Of a stretch of 64,000 nt of DNA, positions 58,067 to 64,000 are shown one piece after another. Position numbers and translations under genes: made by a program. The stretch covers positions 32,001-96,000 of the forward strand of contig CAXXFV010000007.1 in NCBI GenBank assembly GCA_963674595.2, given 5' to 3'. The notes beneath the pieces were generated by a model. The model was given only the letters and a program-made list of their open reading frames with translations, did no database searches and was not told where the DNA came from. Source of the stretch: a bacterium (GTDB lineage Bacteria > Zhuqueibacterota > Zhuqueibacteria > Residuimicrobiales > Krinioviventaceae). Positions within the stretch are counted from its first letter, which is position 1. Each line of letters starts with the position of its first letter.

Positions 58067-60409
58067 TTAAAATTTTATGGTATAACCCACGCCGAATTCC
58101 GGGAAATAATTCGATCCAATAGCGTAAAATTTTTGTTCTTCCATGGGCACATACATCCAGACATTACGCCGTAAGAACAGTATATTGCCAAAACGGACAT
58201 TTAAAAAGGATTCGTCCGCCCCAAGAAACTCGGCCAGTTCCGCTGCAAAACCTTTACGAATTCGTTTTTGCAAACCAAGGTCCAAACGGAGATAAAATGG
58301 CAGCCGGATATTATTTTTTACATCAGCCAGATAAGTGTTTTGTGTGGCCAGTTCACCTGTTTGCGGATCGTAATAATAATAGGTATAGGACGACCGTTCC
58401 AATGTGCGGGGAACACCGGACATAATTTGCAGGGTGCCGCTGATGCCTACGTCCGGGTGTATTTGTTGTGTGCAAACCGCTTTTAAAGAATGGGTACGAT
58501 CATAGTCATAGGGCCAGGATTTGCCGTTCATTATATGCGGAAAGGAACGTGTCGAACGGCTGATGCCGTAGCTGAGCCATCCAGAAAAACGGCGCCAGGT
58601 CCCTTTCCATAAAATTTCCACTCCATAGGCTTTGCCTGTTCCCTGTTTTAGATTATCGGAAAACTGTTGTGTTTCATAAACACTCAGCGTCGGATCGTAT
58701 GTGTAAAGACGTGTCAGGTCTTTATAGTAAAAATCCACTGATAAATGCGAGGAAGGAGTGATCGGTTTTTCAAAACCAAGAATATAATGGGTGGATGCAC
58801 TGGGTTTTGTGTTTTTTAACGGATAGTAATTTTCCAAAAACTGGCTTATTTCATATTCCTGCGAGTTGATGCTGACAATATATTGTAAATATTTTCCCCA
58901 TGCTGCCTTGATTTTCAGGTCGTAGGGAAGATACAACACTCCATTAATGCGGGGTTCTGTGTACCATTTCTCACTGAATTTATATTTTGAATAACGTACT
59001 CCGGGACGAACAGACAAAAGTCCCAATTGAAATTTGTTTTCTACAAAAGCCGCTTTTATAGTTGGTTGCCTTTTTGAAGTGCCAAGATCGATATAATTGA
59101 TTTTAAATCCGTTTTCAAATGAATAATTGCTAAACTCGAATCCGGTATTTAACGTGTTATATTCGTTCAGCTTTACATTTAATGTCGATTTTGTGCTGAT
59201 GTCCTGTATTTTATTTTTAATAAAAGTGCTGTAATAAACTTTAATGTTGAGATCGTCCTCTTCATCCGTATATTCCAGGTCAAGTGTGGTATTGTTGCTG
59301 GAATTAAAAAAAGACCCGGAAACCTGTGTTTGAAAGTAAATTTGAGGTGTGATAACACTTTTCCAAATGGCCGTTACAGCCTGATTGGTCCAGGTGTTGT
59401 TCATAATAAGATCATAATCGTCAAATAAATCCGTTTCAAAAGTTGTGGAAAAATAGGATGAAAAACGGGCAAAACTATAGTCAAACTTGTCGCGCGCGCC
59501 AAAGTAACGAACCAAAAGTCTGTTACGGGGACTGATTTTCCAGTTGACGGCCATGTTGCCGTCAAAAAAATAACTTGGCGAACTGAACAAAAATCTGGAA
59601 ACCAGATCGTAATAGGAACGACCGGAAATCATCATTGTTGCATTTTTATTCAGGGGAAAATCAACAATAAACCTGGAGTGACTTGTGGTTGTTTCCAGTT
59701 CACCATGCAGTGTTTTATTGTTGCCTTCACGGGTGGTGATATATAAAACAGAAGAATTACGTCCTCCATATTCCGCACCAAATCCGCCGACTAGTAACTC
59801 AATGTTTTTTATGGCATATAGATTGAACAAACCTGATCCGGTAATAAAATGATATGGATTGTAAATTGTAACGCCGTCCAGCAGGACCAGATTTTCTCCG
59901 GGATCACTGCCGCGTGCTGAAAACAAGGGCGAAAAAGGATCGATGCCCTGTATGCCCGGCAGGTATTTTATGGCCCGGAAAACATCTTCCCGGCTAGTCG
60001 TTATTTTTTCAATAATTCGCGGTTTCAGTTCCAGATGGCTGCTTTCGATGGAAACATCCGCGATTTCCGATTGTTGTGCTGTCACCTCAATTTCCTGCAT
60101 ATCTACTACAGACGGCTGCAAGCCGATGCTTTTTAAAAACAGGCTTTTTGTCTCAACATTAACAGCTATTTCTTTTGTCGTATACCCCATATAAGAAATT
60201 TTAAGAACATGTTTGCCGGGTTTTACTCCAGTAATGCGAAAAAGACCGTTGCCGTCCGTGGCAGCCCCCTGGTAGGTGCCTGTTATTTGAACATTGGCGC
60301 CGATGAGCGTTTCTCCTGTTGAGGCGTCTGTAATATATCCGGAAAGGGTAAAGGTCTGTGCAAAAACAGGGGTGCAATATAAAAGTAAAAATAGAAAGTA
60401 TTTTCTCAT
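58067..60409 (-). CDS. TonB-dependent receptor with carboxypeptidase-regulatory-like N-domain
   Basis: SGYITDASTGETLIGANV, LPGI, RGS...NLVLLDGV.IYNP.H, GFGAEYGGR.SSV, C-terminal YTIKF. Confidence 0.9.
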   Translation of the reverse strand: MRKYFLFLLLYCTPVFAQTFTLSGYITDASTGETLIGANVQITGTYQGAATDGNGLFRITGVKPGKHVLKISYMGYTTKEIAVNVETKSLFLKSIGLQPSVVDMQEIEVTAQQSEIADVSIESSHLELKPRIIEKITTSREDVFRAIKYLPGIQGIDPFSPLFSARGSDPGENLVLLDGVTIYNPYHFITGSGLFNLYAIKNIELLVGGFGAEYGGRNSSVLYITTREGNNKTLHGELETTTSHSRFIVDFPLNKNATMMISGRSYYDLVSRFLFSSPSYFFDGNMAVNWKISPRNRLLVRYFGARDKFDYSFARFSSYFSTTFETDLFDDYDLIMNNTWTNQAVTAIWKSVITPQIYFQTQVSGSFFNSSNNTTLDLEYTDEEDDLNIKVYYSTFIKNKIQDISTKSTLNVKLNEYNTLNTGFEFSNYSFENGFKINYIDLGTSKRQPTIKAAFVENKFQLGLLSVRPGVRYSKYKFSEKWYTEPRINGVLYLPYDLKIKAAWGKYLQYIVSINSQEYEISQFLENYYPLKNTKPSASTHYILGFEKPITPSSHLSVDFYYKDLTRLYTYDPTLSVYETQQFSDNLKQGTGKAYGVEILWKGTWRRFSGWLSYGISRSTRSFPHIMNGKSWPYDYDRTHSLKAVCTQQIHPDVGISGTLQIMSGVPRTLERSSYTYYYYDPQTGELATQNTYLADVKNNIRLPFYLRLDLGLQKRIRKGFAAELAEFLGADESFLNVRFGNILFLRRNVWMYVPMEEQKFYAIGSNYFPEFGVGYTIKF

Positions 60410-61458
60410 AATTTTACCCCCGCATGAAACAATACACCGTATTCCGTTTTAATATCCATGGAATAGATGTAATAATAATTAAAAAATATCCCCATGCCGA
60501 AGGTTAATGATGACCGGTGCAGGGGATTATATAACAGACTGGTGCTCAGGGATGTGTCCAAAATAAACATGTCATAAATTTCATGCTTTTCGGTTTTATA
60601 GTCATTCCATTTGTTGAATCCGTATAATACCTGTAATTTTCGCTGTGTGAGAAATGATTTATTTATTCTGTAAAACCAGGAATCATTATAAAGACCGAAT
60701 TCTATGGATTCATGATTTTTACCATCGCGATACCGCATACCATAGGCCGTGCGGAAAAATTTTTGTGCGGCTTCCCTTAGCGAAAAGGACATGTGTGCGT
60801 CTACAATACGGCTATCCCGACTGATTAAAATATCTGTTCCGCCTAAAAGATGCACCGGTTTAACCGGTCCTGGGGTTTTTTCCATATTATATAAATTTAT
60901 CTTGCGGCCTTTACTAACGGATTCCGATATTTGGTTCAGGTCGTTAACAACATCAAGTTGCCATTTTTGTATCGTTTGTTCCAGGCCTTTTTCTAGTTTA
61001 TCTTTTAAGAATGGTTTTTTTGTTGTCACCTCTTGTGTCAGTGTTCCCAGGTATATTTTGTCCTTTTGACGTTGATATACATGAATGATGGAAAAGACTT
61101 TATAATGCGGGTATAACAGGCTTTTTACTTTATAAAGTTTAAGTTCTGCCAGTTCAAGCGTAAACTGTAAATTTTGATCGACAGATGTTTTTAGCAATTC
61201 GTTTTTTAGGGGAGTTTGGGAGTAAATGCCGAGATCAACCGGAACAAAAAGATATTTGTTTTTTTCCATAATTCCCAAAAGACGTTCCGGTTTTTGGCGT
61301 ACATCGAGCACACTGTCAATTGACGCACGCAGGGGCAACAGTTCTTTGTCTTTTAAAGAGATAATAAGACTGTCCCGAACGATGGTTTGTGATAATAGAG
61401 TGGGGGGCAAGATGAGAAAACAAATTAAAAGATTGATATTCCTTAACCAGATACTCAC
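60406..61458 (-). CDS. Hypothetical exported protein, possibly outer-membrane beta-barrel C-terminus
   Basis: Signal peptide; overlaps the TBDR start; ends GVLFHAGVKL. Confidence 0.65.
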   Translation of the reverse strand: MSIWLRNINLLICFLILPPTLLSQTIVRDSLIISLKDKELLPLRASIDSVLDVRQKPERLLGIMEKNKYLFVPVDLGIYSQTPLKNELLKTSVDQNLQFTLELAELKLYKVKSLLYPHYKVFSIIHVYQRQKDKIYLGTLTQEVTTKKPFLKDKLEKGLEQTIQKWQLDVVNDLNQISESVSKGRKINLYNMEKTPGPVKPVHLLGGTDILISRDSRIVDAHMSFSLREAAQKFFRTAYGMRYRDGKNHESIEFGLYNDSWFYRINKSFLTQRKLQVLYGFNKWNDYKTEKHEIYDMFILDTSLSTSLLYNPLHRSSLTFGMGIFFNYYYIYSMDIKTEYGVLFHAGVKL

Positions 61459-61692
61459 CGAATAATTCCCTCCGAAAACAGGCAGATGTACAATATAATT
61501 TGATACGTTTATTCTGTTTATATGGTTTCAAAAATATTGAAAAAGCTGCTGCATATACTTGTTTCGCGCCATTTATATAAAATCAGCAAGATTTGTTGAA
61601 ATAATAAAAAAAATGCAGGTGTTAACATAGTAATTTTATTAGAAATAAAAAATAAAAATTCAAAGATATTTAAAAATATCAAGGTTTAGAAA

Positions 61693-62802
61693 ATGAAAAT
61701 AGCCGTATTTAAAGAAATGGAACCCGGTGAGAAAAGGGTCGCCGTAACACCGGATGTCGTGAAAAAAATGGTAAAATTAGGTTTTTCCGTGATTGTACAA
61801 ACCGATGCCGGCAACTCTGCGGATTTTAGTGATGAGCAATATAAAGAGGCCGGAGCTGAAATTGAAAGTTCGGTTAACGCCTTATATGATAAAGCAGACA
61901 TTATTGTCAGGGTGCAGCCGCCGGATAAATCAGAAATTAAAAAAATGAAAGCAGATTCGGTTTTAATCGGATTTTTAGAACCCTATAGAAATCCGGAGAC
62001 TGTAAAATTTCTCGCTGAAAAAGCAATTACCAGTTTCAGTATGGAAACCATCCCGAGAATCAGCCGTGCTCAAAGTATGGATGCGTTATCTTCTCAGGCT
62101 TCTGCCGCCGGTTATAAAGCCGTTTTAATTGCTGCGGAGGCTTTAAAAAGATTTTTTCCCATGTTGACTACTGCTGCCGGAACCGTTGCCCCGGCCAGGG
62201 TTTTTATTATCGGGGCAGGTGTTGCCGGTTTACAGGCAATTGCCACGGCAAAAAGGCTTGGTGCGGTTGTGGAAGGATTTGATATCCGACCGGCTGCAAA
62301 AGGTGAAGTGGAAAGTTTGGGCGCACGCTTTGTTCAGGTTGAGCTTGATCAAACCGCAACGGCCGGCGGTTATGCCCGTGAAATTTCGGATGATGAGAAA
62401 AAGCATGAACACGATGTGATCCGGCAGCATGTTGCGTCAGCCGATGTTGTTATTACCACGGCCCAGGTACCGGGGAAAAAAGCGCCAATGCTGGTGACAA
62501 AAGATATGGTTGCAGAAATGAAACCCGGCAGTATCATTGTCGATTTGGCGGGTCAACAGGGTGGAAATTGTGAACTGACAGAGTATGGTAAACAAATAGT
62601 TTTTAATGGTGTTACCATTATAGGACCTGAAAACCTGCCTGCACAAATGGCTTTTCATGCCAGCCAAATGTATGCCCGAAATATATTTTCCCTGATCACA
62701 CATTTGGTTAAAGACAATGCGTTGGCGCTCGATTTTAATGACCAGATAACTAGCGAAAGCTGTTTGACTCATCAGGGAAAAATATTAAATGCACGTGTTT
62801 AA
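61693..62802 (+). CDS. pntA: NAD(P) transhydrogenase alpha subunit part 1 (PntAA)
   Basis: KE..PGEKRVA.TP, RISRAQSMDALSSQ, GAGVAGLQAIATA, GGNCELT. Confidence 0.95.
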   Translation: MKIAVFKEMEPGEKRVAVTPDVVKKMVKLGFSVIVQTDAGNSADFSDEQYKEAGAEIESSVNALYDKADIIVRVQPPDKSEIKKMKADSVLIGFLEPYRNPETVKFLAEKAITSFSMETIPRISRAQSMDALSSQASAAGYKAVLIAAEALKRFFPMLTTAAGTVAPARVFIIGAGVAGLQAIATAKRLGAVVEGFDIRPAAKGEVESLGARFVQVELDQTATAGGYAREISDDEKKHEHDVIRQHVASADVVITTAQVPGKKAPMLVTKDMVAEMKPGSIIVDLAGQQGGNCELTEYGKQIVFNGVTIIGPENLPAQMAFHASQMYARNIFSLITHLVKDNALALDFNDQITSESCLTHQGKILNARV

Positions 62803-62829
62803 GATTTATCAAAAATAAAAGAGGTTGTT

Positions 62830-63114
62830 ATGTCTCAGGAATTACTAACAGGAATAACAATTTTTATCCTTTCTATCTTTGTCGGATTTGAGGTGATAAC
62901 CAAAGTACCTCCGACACTGCATACCCCGCTCATGTCCGGGGCTAATGCTATTTCAGGAATAGCCGTAATCGGGGCCATTTTGGTTTCCGGGAGAACAGGC
63001 ACCAATCTTGAAATAATATTCGGTTTTATTGCCATTGTATTTGCCACCATAAATGTTGTCGGCGGATTTTTAGTAACAGATCGAATGCTTCAAATGTTTA
63101 AAAAGAAAAAGTGA
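62830..63114 (+). CDS. pntA: NAD(P) transhydrogenase alpha subunit part 2 (PntAB)
   Basis: KVPPTLHTPLMSGANAISG, INVVGGFLVTDRML.MF. Confidence 0.95.
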   Translation: MSQELLTGITIFILSIFVGFEVITKVPPTLHTPLMSGANAISGIAVIGAILVSGRTGTNLEIIFGFIAIVFATINVVGGFLVTDRMLQMFKKKK

Positions 63115-63122
63115 GATACATT

Positions 63123-64000
63123 ATGGAAGCCTTGAGGACATTAATTACGTTATCCTATTTGCTAGCCGCATCATGTTTCATTCTCGGATTAAAGTTAATG
63201 AGTTCGCCGGTTTCTGCCCGCCGCGGGAATATGATTGCAGCGATAGGTATGTTAATAGCTGTTTTGGTTACATTGCTGGACAGGCAGGTACTCAGTTTTA
63301 CCTGGATATTTATCGGTATTTTAGCCGGAAGCTTAATCGGCGTTCTATCGGCACGCCTGGTAAAAATGACGGCCATGCCGCAGATGGTGGGTATTTTTAA
63401 CGGATTCGGTGGCGGCGCATCTGCCCTGGTAGCTATGGCGGAATTTATGCGTTTCAGCTCAAATCCTGGAACGGTTATGCCGATGGATACATCAATAACC
63501 ATTATTTTAAGTATTATTATCGGTAGTGTTACATTTACCGGAAGTTTAATCGCTTTTGCGAAACTTGAGGGAATTATCCATGGTGCCCCTGTAACGTTTC
63601 CCTTTCATAAAGTTTTCAGCGGTCTAGTTTTATTGTTATCCGTTATATTAGGTGCATATATCGTGGAGTGGGGTGCGGATCCGCTTGTTTTTTATCTTAT
63701 CCTGGGTTTAGCTTTGTTATATGGCATTTTGTTTGTACTGCCTATCGGCGGTGCTGATATGCCGGTGGTCATATCGTTGTTAAATTCTTTTTCCGGTTTG
63801 GCTGCCTGTACGGCCGGTTTTGTTGTGCAAAACAATATTTTGATTATTGCCGGTTCGCTTGTAGGGGCGGCAGGTTTGATTTTGACCCAGATCATGTGCA
63901 AAGCTATGAATCGATCTCTGATCAATGTATTGTTTAGTGCTTTTGGAACCGGTGACATGGCGGCAGGCAGTGCGACGGCATCCGGTGAAAAATCAGTCCA
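63123..64000 (+). CDS. pntB: NAD(P) transhydrogenase beta subunit (truncated by window end)
   Basis: ATG 63123 MEALRT...FILGLKLMSSP..ARRGN, KMTAMPQMV..FNG.GG, IGGADMPVVISLLNS, MCKAMNRS. Confidence 0.95.
   Translation, partial: MEALRTLITLSYLLAASCFILGLKLMSSPVSARRGNMIAAIGMLIAVLVTLLDRQVLSFTWIFIGILAGSLIGVLSARLVKMTAMPQMVGIFNGFGGGASALVAMAEFMRFSSNPGTVMPMDTSITIILSIIIGSVTFTGSLIAFAKLEGIIHGAPVTFPFHKVFSGLVLLLSVILGAYIVEWGADPLVFYLILGLALLYGILFVLPIGGADMPVVISLLNSFSGLAACTAGFVVQNNILIIAGSLVGAAGLILTQIMCKAMNRSLINVLFSAFGTGDMAAGSATASGEKSV

Noticed and set aside
61460-61692. Rex operator upstream of pntAB
   Set aside because: Biologically plausible, but no convincing TTGTGAAnnnnTTCACAA-like site was found
63861-63870. 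gtaggggcgg as a second copy of the RAYT palindrome
   Set aside because: Only the half-site is present and it encodes the conserved VGAAG of PntB
1196-63958. Numerous short ORFs in the track overlapping long genes on the opposite strand or another frame (e.g. 1196-1489, 8803-9282, 18844-19299, 63155-63502)
   Set aside because: Shadow ORFs of well-supported genes with no RBS or motifs

Overview
A 64 kb AT-rich bacterial chromosomal segment. Por/T9SS-like C-terminal domains, a hybrid two-component system, a TonB receptor, UroD-family paralogs and clear Shine-Dalgarno sites point to an anaerobic FCB-group lineage such as KSB1 or Calditrichota (inference). From left to right it holds: two HUH/Y1 (RAYT/IS200-like) transposase genes with REP-like hairpins; a run of small accessory genes, some decayed; a GH26 mannanase; a TPR lipoprotein-S41 protease-DUF4349 unit; a rex-led hfs-type [FeFe]-hydrogenase operon with a candidate Rex operator inside its promoter; assorted hydrolases; two giant secreted proteins; an HTCS-symporter-glycosidase cluster; a TonB receptor/DUF4249 operon; and pntAA-pntAB-pntB, truncated by the window edge. 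The most unusual element is a ~3.5 kb AT-rich island at 48.8-52.5 kb, bounded by a 141-bp direct duplication of the 3' end of a radical SAM gene. It carries two paralogous beta-rich secreted proteins and a SurA/PrsA-like chaperone. Each paralog is individually bracketed by the same inverted repeat (TAGCAACCCT...AGGGTTGCTA). Five apparent +1 homopolymer frameshifts cluster at 48.2-53.1 kb and may be assembly errors. No rRNA, tRNA or CRISPR array was seen.
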